A DNA stretch of 29,394 nucleotides from assembly GCA_013265495.1 (NCBI GenBank), contig MU058004.1, positions 374,001 through 403,394 of the forward strand, given 5' to 3'. Shown piece by piece: positions 9,828-22,103 of the stretch (positions are counted from its first letter, which is position 1; every line of letters starts with the position of its first letter). Source of the stretch: Vicugna vicugna. Lineage: Eukaryota. A program made the translations under genes and the position numbers. The notes below the pieces were generated by a model, which ran no database searches, was not told where the DNA came from, and saw nothing but the letters and a program-made list of their open reading frames with translations.

Positions 9828-10683
9828 GTAGGTTTGGCATCTGAGTTTTACAAGTGGGAGAGTTGCTTTCTCTGCAGATGGCCGAAATCATTTTACGTTG
9901 AAGGAAGAGACGTGTTCAGGGAGACGCTGTGTTAAAATGTGAGCCTAGTTCACGGCCAGAGGTGCAAGGGAGGCAGTGAGTTTCACTTGTATCTGGGGAT
10001 GGCTCAGAGGTGAGCGGCTGGGGACAGCGCGGACCAGGGACTGAGTTTTGAACCTTGAACTGCCTCCCGCGTCCACGCGCACCCAAGTGCTGCCTCGTGT
10101 TTCAGTGTGAAGGGAGACTCGGGGACTCGCCCTGAGGTGGTGGTGCGGAGCCTCAGCTGATGAAGGGAGCGGGTCTCAGCCGCACCTTCATGGCGTGAGG
10201 ACAGCATAGGCTTTTCATCGTATGTTGAGCAAAGCTTCATTCATTTGCATTTTAACTTGGTGTGATTCACATGTCATGCGTGGCTTTGGGCGGACAGTGC
10301 TGAGCACGGAGAGGTCCTTCCAAACGTCAGCACTTACGGGCTCGTGATAATGTGCGTCCTGCCAGCAGCTCGAGGGTCTTCCCCTCGCTCACACTTCTGG
10401 GTGAGCGAGACGTGCTGGGGTGTGTCCGGGTGGAATGTCACCTGTTCTTCTCGGTCTCTCCCCGGGAGGGACATCTGACGAGAGGGCCCTCACCCGTGAG
10501 GGGCTCTCCATGCTGAGTGCCAGCCTCTTGCCCGCGCTGCTTGCCAGCCCACTTCAGGAATGATCCTCTGTGTGTGCTAGTTCAAGTGCTGCTAAGTCTT
10601 AAAGCGATGAGAACAAAACTCACAGACTCTGTGAGTTTCACTCTCGGGGAGAGAAGTTCTGATGGTGATTTTTTTCTCTCCAG

Positions 10684-10778
10684 AATCGTGGTGGTTTTGG
10701 ACTCAATGATCAAGGTGTTTACATTCACACACAATCCCCACCAGCTGCACGTCTTTGAAACCTGCTATAACCCGAAAG
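10684..10778 (+). CDS. WDR45B: WDR45B coding exon 5, 95 bp
   Basis: Acceptor tttctctccag|A and donor AAG|gtaaga. Encodes (R)[31 protein letters not shown](G); visible inside ORF 10517..11173. Confidence 0.97.
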
Positions 10779-11199
10779 GTAAGAAGTCAGAGGAGGGGGA
10801 GCTGGAAACCGGCCAGGTCTCGCAGGCCTGTCTTACGCCGCAGCGATGGGGCCTGGGGACGTGGCTTCCCCCTTCGTCCCTCCACCTCGTCCAGGTGAAC
10901 CTCCCACCGCCGCACCCTGCAGCCCGGCCTCCTCCGGGGGGTTCGAGACCTCGCCTCTTAGCAGAATCCAAGGGGCTCTCGGGGCTCTGTGGCCTGGCGC
11001 GGCCGCTTCAGCTCCGTGGGACCCCGGGGTCTGTGCTTCATCAGGTTCTGGGGCGTTTTCTTCCCTTTCTCTGCTGGAGGGAGAACTGCCTGGGTGACCT
11101 TGGTACTCACTGCATAGTCTTAATTTTCCTCTTGGAGTTTGGGGGCCTTTTGTCTCGGTTTGTTGAGGGATAATCTATGTAGAACTCGCTCAGTCACAG

Positions 11200-12730
11200 T
11201 ACGCCATTTGATGACCTTTAGTCGTGAAAGTGGTGTAGCCCCCAGCGCGGTCCCGTCACCCAGAAGAGCTGCTTCAGGCGGTGCACGCTTGCCTTTCCAC
11301 GAGTGCTGGTGTCGCTCTTCGATTCTGCCGCGGCTCTAGCGTGTCCGCACTGCTGCGTAGCGTCCACCAACGCCCTGCCGGGCCGAGCCCCGCCGGGCTT
11401 GGCTGCTGCGCACGTTCATGGACTAAGTCTTCGTGTGGATGTATGTTTTCAGTTTTCTCGGGTGACTACTGAGGAGTTCAGTTGCTGGGTCATCCTGTAA
11501 TTAATTTTTAGATTCCACACACAGCATTTGTCTTTCTTTGACTTGTTTCAGTCAGTGTAACGCCCGCAGGCCCATCCATGTTGTTGCGAATGGCAAAATT
11601 TCATTTTTCTGGGTGGCCGAGTGGAAGTCCGTTGTGTATGTCTCTGCTCTGTGTCTTGACTGGAGCGTTTAGTCCACTTACGTTAAAGTCATGACTGATA
11701 CGTGTTCTTGCTGCCACGTTAATTGTTTGGGATTGCTTTCTTAGTTCTTTTTTGTTCCTTTCTTCCTTTGTTTTCTTGTGATGTGATGACTGCCTTTCGT
11801 TTTATGTTCGGATTCCCTTCTCTCTGGTGTGTGTATCTACTGCAGGTTTTGGTTTGTGGTTGCCATGAGGTTCGCGTGTAGCAGTCTGTATGTCAGTATT
11901 TTAAAGTGCTGATCTCTTCATTGCAAACGCATTTGCACTCCCCTCTGCCCATAGTTCCTGTTTTTGACGTATTTTATGTTACTCTGTTTTGCGCTGCGTC
12001 CTTTAACTACTCGCAGCACAGGTCGGCGATTTTACTGCTCCCTCTCAGCCTTCGTGACTAGTGTGCTCGTGGTCGACCTCACTGCCTGCGCTGCAGGTTC
12101 TGCCTTTACGGCCCCGCTTGTCCATGAGCAGTTTCACGTTTCTCGTCGTGGCCTTTAGAGAAGTTTCTTTACCATTTGTGTAAAAGCCCTTTTTTCTGCA
12201 TAGGATTACCTTGGTACCTTTTTTTCATTTATATATATCAAGTAAGTGTAAGATTTTTCCAGACTCTTTACTCTGTTCTGTGGTCTGTGTCCCTGTCCTT
12301 GCCACCCTGACTTCTGGAACTTCAAGATAGTTCTTGAAATTAGGCAGTATGAGTCCTCTAAGCGTGTTCCTGTGTTACAGGAATTTTTCTGGCTATTCTA
12401 GGGCCTTGTCTTTCTTGTAACTTTCAGCGTCAGCTTGTCTGCTCGAAACGCCTGCAGAGTGTGTAGTTGTGGCTGCACTGACTGGAGAGGATGCAGGTTC
12501 CGCCTGTCACAGGGCAGCTATGCACCGACCAGGTCTTTCTTTGGTTTTCCTCTGCCAGTTGCGAGAATCTTTCACACCTGCCATTAAACTATTCCTGCAT
12601 ATTTTGTTTTTTTATGTTATGGTTAATGGATTCAGTTTTAGATTTTACAATTTTGTATTCTTGGTGGCTGGCACCCCAGAGGTGGGACATTTGTTGAAGT
12701 TTATCCAGTAACAAGTTCAGCAAATATTTC
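11200..12730 (-). mobile_element. Cluster of old degenerate L1 fragments in WDR45B intron 5
   Basis: L1-like antisense motifs: cccatccatgttgttgcgaatggcaaaatttcattt (3' region), gagcgtttagtccacttacgttaaagt (ORF2 start region), ttcttgaaattaggcagtatgagtcctct and ggctattctagggcc (ORF2). Boundaries approximate. Confidence 0.55.
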
Positions 12731-12889
12731 TGATTATGACGCTGTCTCCCAGGAGGAAGCGTGCCTGGCCCCCAGCGCCCTGTCCAGTGACAGGACTGTG
12801 GACAGTTCTGACTTGGTTGCAGGACCTGGAGGGCAGGCAGAGGCTCCAAGCCGTCCTGAGTCCCTGACAGGCGTCTCCTCTCTGCTCAG

Positions 12890-13080
12890 GCCTCTGTGTC
12901 CTGTGCCCGAACAGCAACAACTCCCTCCTGGCCTTCCCGGGCACGCACACAGGCCACGTGCAGCTCGTGGACCTGGCCAGCACCGAGAAGCCGCCGGTGG
13001 ACATTCCCGCCCACGAGGGCATCCTCAGCTGCATTGCTCTTAACCTGCAGGGAACAAGGATAGCGACCGCATCTGAGAAA
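12890..13080 (+). CDS. WDR45B: WDR45B coding exon 6, 191 bp
   Basis: Acceptor ctctgctcag|GC and donor AAA|gtgagt. Encodes (G)[63 protein letters not shown]. Confidence 0.97.
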
Positions 13081-13622
13081 GTGAGTGGGCGCCCCCGCCC
13101 CGCCGGGGAGTGGCCCTCGCCCCACTGGGGAGCGCCCCCACCCCTCTGGGAAGCGGCCAGGCTCCCGCGTGGACTCTCGGGGCTGAGAACCAGCCCTGCC
13201 CTGAAGATCCTGTGCCTGAGACTCCTAGTTGGCACAGGGGGTCCAAAGTCACTTCACTTGGTTGCGCCCGTTTGGCACGTAACAGTGCTCCCTCTTCTCA
13301 CCGGCTGTGTGAGTTACAGTTAAGATGCCATCTCCCTCCACAGTGAGTGAGCTGACAGCACCTGGGGCTCCGTGTCCGCCAGGGGCACGTGCGCCTGGGC
13401 CTGGGGTCTCCCCGACCCTGTCCTGGGCCATGCCCGGTGCTGTTGGCCGGCCGCAGAGCCCTGGTCCACTCGTGCTCACAAGCAGAGGGACAGCCGAGTT
13501 TCAGATGATGTGGGTGACCTGGGAGAGGGTTGGATGGGCTAATGTTTTTGTGAATATAAATCATTTCAAAAAACTAAAAGTTGTGAATCTTTGATAATGA
13601 AACACTTCACTGTTTTTCAAAG

Positions 13623-13708
13623 GGGACCCTTATAAGAATATTTGATACTTCATCAGGGCACTTAATCCAGGAACTGCGAAGAGGATCTCAAGCAGCGAAC
13701 ATTTATTG
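13623..13708 (+). CDS. WDR45B: WDR45B coding exon 7, 86 bp, contains the PROPPIN LRRG phosphoinositide-binding motif
   Basis: Acceptor tttttcaaag|GGG and donor TG|gtaaga. Encodes [28 protein letters not shown](C); LRRG at 13674-13685. Confidence 0.97.
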
Positions 13709-14538
13709 GTAAGAAGCACGTCGTTTTGCCCAGGAGGAGGCCTCTGCTCGGGCCTTGACGGGCCGTTGCGGCTGGGGGTCACCGCCTGTGAGGTGGGCGG
13801 GGCTGCTGTGCTGCCAGGGGTCGGGTTTCTCGCTCGCTTGTCACTGAGTCTGGCTTTTTATTAGGGGAACACACAAGGGCGGAGAGGCTGTTAGGCTCGC
13901 CACCATCCACCACCCTGCCTCAGCACTCGCCCGTGTGTGCGTTTGCTTCGTCTCCTCACCGTCCCGGCTTCCTCTCTGTAGCGTTTTAAGGCAAACGCTG
14001 GAGGCCTTGGTGACGCATCTGTAATCACTCCCGTCTCCTGTGAGACTGAACCGCTTGCTGTCGATGGTGGTTCCGCGCCCCACAGCGTCTGCAGCTCTGA
14101 CAGGCCGGCCCTGCTCGGCAGGACCTCATGCTTTGCGTCTGTGGCCTTGGCACGTGTGGAGCTGCATTTGGGCCTGTGTGATGAAAATGTAATTAATTAG
14201 TACCTGGATTTGGTGATTGTGCCCAAGGGGCCCTGTGGTCTGTCTGCTCGCAGGCCCCTCAAACCAGCCTGTTGATGCCCCCCTCCAGAGGGGCCACGGT
14301 GGCTGGAGGGGAGTTTTTCTCACCTGAGTGGCATGCTGGGATGGCCTTGGGAATCCCAGCTGCGTCTGCCCCAAGGAGGGCCAGGCCCTGGCTTGGACCC
14401 TCTGGTTCCGTGGTGAACGCTGTGGGCTCATTGAGGAGGCAGGTTCTTAAAGCTGCTGTCTGAGTGCGGGCCTGCTGAGGGCGGGGCTGGGCTCTTCTGC
14501 ATCTGCCAGAGCCCAAGTTCCATCTGGTTTCTCTGCAG

Positions 14539-14640
14539 CATTAACTTCAATCAGGACGCTTCCCTCATCTGCGTGTCCAGTGACCACGGCACGGTGCACA
14601 TTTTTGCAGCCGAAGACCCCAAAAGGAATAAGCAGTCTAG
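14539..14640 (+). CDS. WDR45B: WDR45B coding exon 8, 102 bp
   Basis: Acceptor tttctctgcag|C and donor AG|gtgggt. Encodes (C)INFNQDASLICVSSDHGTVHIFAAEDPKRNKQS(S). Confidence 0.97.
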
Positions 14641-15112
14641 GTGGGTTTCCCAAACAAGGAGGGCTAAGTGTTGCTGGAGTGCCGGCAGATTCCACACGAG
14701 GCACTGTCGGGACCTCTTTCATGGTCATTCCTTTGATTTTCCGAAAACCAGTCCTTGGTGCTGGAACAGTGGCGTCATTACGTCCCCTGCCGTCAGCTCC
14801 TTGGAAAATGTCCGAGGAGGGTCGAGGCGCCTGCCCCCAGGATGGGCCTTGGTCCTGAACTCCCACCGCTGCCCCCGTGTTTGCTGTCCAGGGAGTTACG
14901 TTGGTGGCAGGAGAGCCTCTGCCCTCCCGCTGCCCTTGGTGTCTAGTTTATTGTAAAGCCAGTCGTGATGGCTTAGCTTTCTTCATGAGAAAAATTAAAG
15001 TTAAAAGGGAAAGTGGAATTTAAATCATGAATGCTAATGTTACATTAAAGAGGGCTGTGTCTTTAACTTTGTTTTGTGAATGTAATTCATTCTTTTCTTC
15101 TTGTTTTCCTAG

Positions 15113-15234
15113 TCTGGCGTCAGCCAGTTTCCTTCCAAAATACTTCAGTTCCAAGTGGAGTTTTTCCAAGTTTCAGGTTCCCTCAGGCTCTCCCTGCATC
15201 TGTGCCTTTGGAACAGAGCCAAATGCTGTCATTG
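15113..15234 (+). CDS. WDR45B: WDR45B coding exon 9, 122 bp
   Basis: Acceptor ttttcctag|T and donor G|gtaagt. Encodes (S)[40 protein letters not shown](A). Confidence 0.97.
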
Positions 15235-15594
15235 GTAAGTGGTCCTTCTGGAGGGGAGTGGCCCCAGCTCCACCAGCCGCCCTTCCTCTCTCCAGGGCCC
15301 ATGTGTCCCTCTCAGGGTCTGCACGCTCCTGCGCTCAGGTGTCCCAGGCAGGCGCTGGGGCAGATCATTTGGTTTTTGAACTGATGACCAGAGAGGGTTC
15401 CCCCCTGCCACTCTGCCTTAGTGAGCACAGCACCCCCAGGACGGGGTGCTTGGTTCTGTGTGGCCGGTAAGGATGGGGAGCCCGGCCACCCACAGGGCAC
15501 CCGGAGCTGCTCAGCCTACGTGGAGCCGGTGCCATTCACCTCAGGCGGGCTGCAGGCTTTTAACCTTGAGTAAAATGGTATCCTTCTGTCCCAG

Positions 15595-15701
15595 CCATCT
15601 GTGCGGACGGCAGCTACTACAAATTCCTCTTCAACCCCAAGGGGGAGTGCATCCGGGACGTGTACGCGCAGTTCCTGGAGATGACGGATGACAAGCTGTG
15701 A
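15595..15701 (+). CDS. WDR45B: WDR45B last coding exon (exon 10), coding part 107 bp including TGA
   Basis: Acceptor ttctgtcccag|CC. Encodes (A)[34 protein letters not shown], with TGA at 15699-15701. Confidence 0.97.
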
Positions 15702-16685
15702 CGCTCCCTGGGCACCAAGCTCCCGGGCTGGGGCCGGGCTGGAAGACGGCCTGCGACCTTGGTCTCGAAGCCTCCCGTGGCCATCTGTTTCCTGAGCCAG
15801 GCTTCCATCTCCAGGGTCAAAGAACCTTCTTAGGGCACCATTGGACGCTCACGCCCAATGCTGGCTTTACCTTTAGTTCAGCTGTGACGCTCGCTTCTGC
15901 GGCTCCACCGCTTCCCCCGCTGCAGCTGGGGCTCCGCACACACTTCAGGGCGCTGAGAAAGGGAGGGACGGAGCGCAGGTTGTCTGTGGCGCCAGATTGC
16001 ATCCTTCGACTGAGTCTGTCGTGGGGAAGTGAAAACACGCGTAGGTTAGCTTGCGCTTTCTCGCCGGATTTCAGTGGATGACAATCCCAGCGGCCTCAGA
16101 AGTGGGAGAGGACAGCCTCTTCCCGCCTGAGCATGGAGAAAGGCAGAGAACCCAGGCCCGCACCTCCCGGGAGCACGTGCCCCCCCAGGAGCAGAGCCAT
16201 GCACAGGCTTCACCAGTGGGGCCTGGAAGCAAGCGCCACTTAGGGTAGAGGCTGCGAAGGGAAGCGCTGGGCATCTCCACGACTGGCGCCTGCTTTCTGT
16301 CGCATCCGCCAGCCACCCACTCCCCCTCCCGAAGTCCACACACTAACCTCCCGGGAGTGAAGGGCACACACTTTTCTTTAACGTTTGGTGACTAGAGTAG
16401 GTAACGGGCTCTATGTTGTTAGTGCTACCTGAGGTACATATTTAATTTTCTTAAATTCCTTTCAAACTTAATTTTGTGTTTTGATTTCAGGTTGCAAACG
16501 TTTAAAATCTGCAGCAGCAAGTTCTTGGTTTTGCCAGTTCCTTACTGTCATGTGATCAGCTAACTTTGTGGGTTTCAATGTAAAGTATGCATGTTACTTT
16601 TACGTGTATTTAATCATGAAATTTAATTTTGCACACTTATTTGTAATTTTTCTTTTAAATAAAAGTGACTAATTTTGTTGTACTC
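15702..16685 (+). other. WDR45B: WDR45B 3'UTR (end approximate)
   Basis: Follows the stop codon. GC-rich proximal part, then a U/A-rich distal ~300 nt with several ATTTA pentamers ending at AATAAA. Confidence 0.75.
16658..16663 (+). terminator. Polyadenylation signal AATAAA of WDR45B
   Basis: Canonical hexamer in a U-rich context (ttttaAATAAAagtgactaattttgttgt) with GU/U-rich sequence downstream, about 960 nt after the stop codon. Confidence 0.8.
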
Positions 16686-19199
16686 CGTACCCATCAAGGG
16701 AGAAGAATTGTATGTTACAAAACCAACCCGCTAGTTTTAGCCTCTCGTTGGACTGGAGGCTGCAGGCCCATTGCGCCTTCAGGCCGGACTGTCCAGGGCT
16801 GCATGGGGGTCAGGTGGACACTCTGCCCCTGGGGTGACAGCCTGGATGGGGGAGCAGAGGGGAGAGGGATGTTCATTACCGGTTCCTGTTGTGCCTGATG
16901 GGGAAGAGCCGTCCCTTTGTGGGGACACCGGTGGTGTCGGGCCGCCCACCAGTGTCCACCTAACACTGGCCCAGTTCTGGGCCCAGGAGGAGGAGGGGTC
17001 CTTCACATTTACATCATCTCTGGTTTCTCTTTTCCCCAAACAAACACAGTCCCTTCAGTGCGTCCAGACACGGGAAACGAGGGGAAGCTTCGTAAAGGAA
17101 GTGTGAGCGTCGGTGCGTGGAGATGCTCAGGGCTGGGGGGACGCGAGGCTGGGCAGGGAGCTAGGCTGCTGGCCTGGGAGAGCCGGGCCCCGGCCCCAGG
17201 CTCCCTGCCCCCGAGAAGTGTCCACCACGTGGGAGCAGTGTCGCCTCCTTTGTGAAGTGACAGCAGGACACCCTGGATGCTGAGAGTGAGCCCTCCGGGC
17301 CTGTGCTGCGACGTGCAGGCTTTCTCTGGGGACAGTGGGCACACCTGTCTCGCCTGGGAGATGCCCAGAGGGGCAGCCAGGCCCCACTCCCGCCAGCCCT
17401 CGCTTTCCCACCTCGGTGGGTGTCGGCAGAGCAGTGCCTGCAAGGGGCTGTCAGGTGACCGTTCTGTGGTTCATTCAGGGCAGCGGGAGACTTGGTTTTG
17501 TTTGCAGCCTGACGAAGGGAGGGGGTGACTCTTGCCAGGCCTGAGTCTGCCGTCCAGGGCGTCCCTGAGCCCCACTTGCAGGCTGCGCTGGACAGGCTGG
17601 TGTGTTGCTGCCCCAGGTGTCAGTGTGAACATCCAGGAACCGCCTCCCGTGACCCTACTCTCCAGCCACGGGCCATGCCACCCACGGGCCTCTGATGTCT
17701 CGGCACCCGGCAGCCTCCCCACGGCCTGGGGCTGAGGCCTCTCCCTCCTCCCGCTGAAGCTTGTGCAGCCAGAGCTTTTCACACTTGTGTTTCCTTTTGC
17801 ACCCAAACCAAGCCCAGCTTCCAGGTGAGTCACAGAGGTGACCGCATGCAGCTTGATCCCTGGCCGCATTCTTTCTGTGAGGGGCGTCTGACCGATGACA
17901 GCACTCCTGGGACCTGTGCTAAATCCTGCTCTTTGAAATGGATCAGAAAATACGTATGATCGAAATACAAATGTTCGTTATGAAACGGAAGAGGCCACAC
18001 AGGCGGAAGCAGAAGACCGTGGTGCCGCGCCTTGTGGGGCCAGCAGCGTCCTTGGGACTGTCCTTTCACTCTACGCAACTCACGAGCGCGTCAGGACACA
18101 CCTGAATTGCCCAGAGATGCCCGTGTGTGTGTTCTGCTGTTTTAAACATTTTGGAAATGGGAATCCTTGTGCTTGCCCGCCTGTTTCTCCAGTAGCAGAA
18201 CCACAACTGCCAGGCCGAGGGTCTGCGCCTGGAAGCCGGAACGTTCGCCGCCTCCCCTGCCGGGGATCCTGTCAGTGTCCACACCCTCACCCTCACCGGG
18301 ACCAGCTCTGTGCAGAGTCCTCCTAATCTGACGAAGAAAGAGATCACCGACTTCTGTCACGCTGGACATTTCAGAATACGTTTGCTGGCCATCTGTAGTA
18401 TTCTGTAAATCGCTTATTCAAGTCTGCCTGTTTTTCTGTTGGTATATTTTGCCTTTTTTGCTCATGAGAATCTCTTACATAACCACCCCTTGTCACTTTT
18501 TTCACTCTTTCAGTCTGAGGGTTTTTACTTCGCTGTGTTTGTACCTTGAGTTCTCAGGTGGTCTGATCCGTCAGCCTCGTTCTTCATGGTTTCTGGTCAG
18601 CTCGTGATTAAAACAAAGCGGCATTTTCACGGGGCACTGTTTACGGGTCTTGTTTTCACAGTTCACGTGGCGTGACCTCCAGGTGCGTAACGAGGTAGTG
18701 GCCCCATGTCCCCCCGCACTGGGCAGTCAGGCACCCGCTGCCTGTCCAGGTTCACGCCACGGTCCTGCAATCCCGTCCAGCTTAGCCCTCTTCTGGTTTG
18801 GATGAAGTTGTGCTTTGCTTGCCACTGTGGGCAGGAGCGCTCGTCAGCCGGGTCACCTGTTAGCTGCTGACGGACAGCACTGCTCCCGGAACAGCTGTGC
18901 TCTGCTGATCTGAAGCACTTGTTTTCCAGGTGAGCTTTAAAGTAAATGTTAGAATAGCTAAAAATAAGCAAAATTTTATTGGAATCCCAAAAATGCAAAG
19001 ACGATTGAGTCTCAGTGCTGAGGCACCGGGTGCTTCAGGATTTAGTCAGCGGCCATGTGGGAACGCGCCCAGTGGCACGGGAAGCGTGATCTTTGGCATC
19101 TGCTGGTTTTTAAATGACGCGGAGCCCTTTGGTCTGCCTGGGCAGGCGCGGTAAGTCTCTTACGTTCTGGTTCTGTCCCGGAACGAGAGCTGGTGGATG

Positions 19200-19830
19200 A
19201 AATCACGGTTTGGAAACGACTTGTGTCTGTGTTTGGCTTTGTGTTCATCACATATGGGGCTTAAGGACCTTCTTGAATCTAGATTCATGGGTTTCACCAA
19301 ATTTGTGAACATCTCAGCCATTATTTCCTCAAATAGTTTTTCTGCTCTTGTCTCTTCCCTGCTGGGTTTCGGGCACGTGTAGCACCTTCCACTGACCCAC
19401 TGACTGGTCGCTGAGCTGGTCAGGGATTTTGTAGTGTTTTCTCCTGTTGTTAAGACGAGGAGAGTTTTTCCCTACCATCAACTCTCCTGTTACTGCCCAC
19501 TCTGTGGTAAAGCCTGAACCATGTAACTGAAATTGGGGGTGAATCCGTCAGTTCTAAAACTGACAACTCCGAACTGCTCGTTGACAGAAGAGTCCCTCTC
19601 CGCCCCTGTGTGTTTGCAGCGCGCGAGGTGAAGTCTCTGGCAACCCTCCCGTCTGGGCCTTCTGGGAGCAGGGCCCCCGGAGTTTGCTCTGTTCTGTGTA
19701 AGAGTCACGGCAACGCGTCTAGTCCTTCGGGGTTGCCGCCTGGATGTTCCAATGGTACGCTGTAGATATTACGGATTCTGTTGTGTTTCTCTGAAGAAAG
19801 TAGATTTTTGCTTTGCTAAGTGTTTAACCA
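19200..19830 (-). mobile_element. Old L1 ORF1-region fragment
   Basis: cttcttgaatctagattcatgggtttcaccaaatttgtgaacatctcagccattatttcctcaaatagtttttctgc is a typical antisense L1M ORF1 motif. Confidence 0.5.
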
Positions 19831-21449
19831 CGCTGAACCGGCCCTGCCCAGGTGTGAGCGGGCGGGGCCGAGATGAAGGGGCAGGTGAGGTGCTCACGCT
19901 TGGCTTCCCGCCGCTGGGTGGGGTCACGTGCCTCCACTGTGACTTCCGAACGTTCAGCCAGCCCTGCAGTCTGAGATGAGCCCCGACCTGGTCGCGGTGT
20001 GTTAGCTTTCTCCTGTCCCTCAGGGGCTGTGCATTTACTGCTGAATTCAGCTCACTGGTGTTTGTGGATGTGTGTGTAGAGAGACTCATCGCTGATTGTC
20101 TCGTAATGTTCCTGCCACACTGTGGCATCATGCATTTCAGGTTAGTAATTTTGTGGTTTGGGCATTAATTTTAAAATGATTAGGTTTATGCAGCTGCCAC
20201 CAAATTATAAACACAAATGGATTTTAGCAAAAGCAAAAGACCTAAGGGACTGAGGAAACACCCAGTGAAATGCGCTTTCAGCAGCCGCGTCCGAGAGCAA
20301 AGCCCGCCTGGAGAGGCTGTTTTCCCCAGACGCCCAGGCCTCCAGCCAGAGCTCGAGTGAGGTCTTTATGATGCTGAGTTGGTCTTCCGGGGGAGTGAGC
20401 TGATGGCGTGGGTTACCCCAGAGCCCCTCTGGGGCAGGCACGGGCGGTGACTGTCGCGGTCTGGCCAGACACTATGGAAGACCATGTCTCGGTGACCTTC
20501 AAGCAGACACGTGACTCCAGAAAGTCACAGTGACTCCTAGGGGTTCCGACACCTGCTCGAGAGGCGGACTGCTGTCCACCCGGTCCAGCTGGCTGCCTGT
20601 GTGCTGACAGCAGCTTGTCCTCTCGGCGCCCTCTGGATGCGACCTGAAGACCACTGTTCCCACGAGCAGGCGCTCCCCGAGCCCCTTACATTCAAGGCCG
20701 CCTTGTCCTGTGAGTGGAGAATAAGAGCCACCATTAGGCTACGAGCGTGTGAGGTTTCTGTGCTCAAAACTGAGGCCAAAAACAAGTTACTGCCTCCACG
20801 GAGGGGACTGTCCACTGCTACTCCAGGCACAAGCTCTTCATGTAAAAGCGGTTTCGTGTTGAAGGTCTTTCGAAGGTCACTGGAGGGCACTATTCAAAGC
20901 TTTCCGAAAATGGTCCCCAGAGGAGGGCTGAAGGCCGAAGCCACCCAGCCTCAGCCTCAGGGAGAGGCCCTCATCGCACCCGGGAAGGGTCAAGACCACC
21001 GGATCCGAGAACGGCGCCGAGCAGAGTGCAGGTGTCTCCTGGAGCTGCCCCGGGAAAGCCGCAGCGGCCACGTCCCAGTCTGTGCCTGCTCGGCAGGGGA
21101 GGGGGTGCACAGGGAGCCGTGCTGTGTGGGGAGGTGGCCCTGGGTTCCCCGACTTCTGCGTCAAGGCGCTCCCAGCCATGATGTGACGGGGCTGAGGCAC
21201 AGGGGCCCGTGGTGGCCCGGCTTCCGTGTCCGTTCCCAGTCCAGGGTCCCCGCAGAGCCACTTGCCAGAGCAGGCGGCTGGCCTTGCTCTTGGCACTGGG
21301 ACCCTGGGCAGACAGAGGCCTCCAGTGACCCCCATCTGGCACCCGACCCCTCGACCCCTGCAGCAACTCCTGGTGGCTGCACTGCGGCCCATCTGGAGAC
21401 GTGTCAGCCTCATTATGGAAATCGTACTCATACCTCCACCTTCTTCCAG

Positions 21450-22100
21450 GTAAAACTTGAAAAACTGTGATAAAACGCACATAAAATTGACCATTTGAGC
21501 CATTTTGAAGAGCACAATTGATGCGTTAAGTCCATTCACAATGCTGTGCGGTCCACCTGGCCCAGACCCTCTCCTCACAACGGAAGCCCTGCGCCCATGG
21601 CGACACCCGCCCACGCTGTGGCTCTGGCTCTGTCCCGGGTGGGATCACCAGGTCAGACTGGCCCCCGTGCGGAGGGCAACCCGGGTCTGGCTTCCCACAC
21701 GCAGGCACCCGCCGCCCCAGCGCTTCGCGTCTCAGTCCTCACCGTCGGCCCTGGAGGCCGGCTGCGCATGTTCAGGCTCAGGCTGTCAGGCGAAGGTGAG
21801 TTTTCTTTTCTGTTCCATAAACCGTCGGGACCAAGGCCGCTGAGTCATGGGGCAGAACTTGCTGGCACCGCACTGGGCGTAGGTTTTCTTTATTTTCATT
21901 GAGCGGAAATTCTCGCAGTATTCAGCCCACCATTACAAAGTGCCAATCAGTGGCATCTCTTGTATTCAGTGTTGGGCAGCTACCACCTCCCTCTAGTTTC
22001 AAAACTTCATCCCCCAAAATCACCTCCTACCGACTAGGACATCACTCCCCACGTCCCCCATCTCCCTGTCTCCTGGTAGTGAGATGTGCTTCCTCCAAGG
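21450..22100 (-). mobile_element. Two old L1 3'-end remnants (~21450-21620 and ~21880-22100)
   Basis: gtgataaaacgcacataaaattgaccatttgagccattttgaagagcacaatt...agtccattcacaatgctgtgc and tacaaagtgccaatcagtggcat...taccacctccctctagtttcaaaac resemble L1MB/MC 3' termini. Confidence 0.5.
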
Positions 22101-22103
22101 ATC

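Noticed and set aside
10480..10510. Short GC-rich inverted repeat (ccctca/tgaggg)
   Set aside because: Short imperfect stem expected by chance at this GC content.
10517..11173. 218-aa + strand ORF as a standalone gene
   Set aside because: Only 10684-10778 is WDR45B exon; the flanks are intronic read-through. The same applies to ORFs 12958..13323, 14573..14956 and 15027..15470.
20601..21614. Overlapping 289-aa (+), 245-aa (-) and 169-aa (-) ORFs
   Set aside because: GC-rich intergenic sequence running into an L1 remnant; no domain, splice structure or codon signal recognised.
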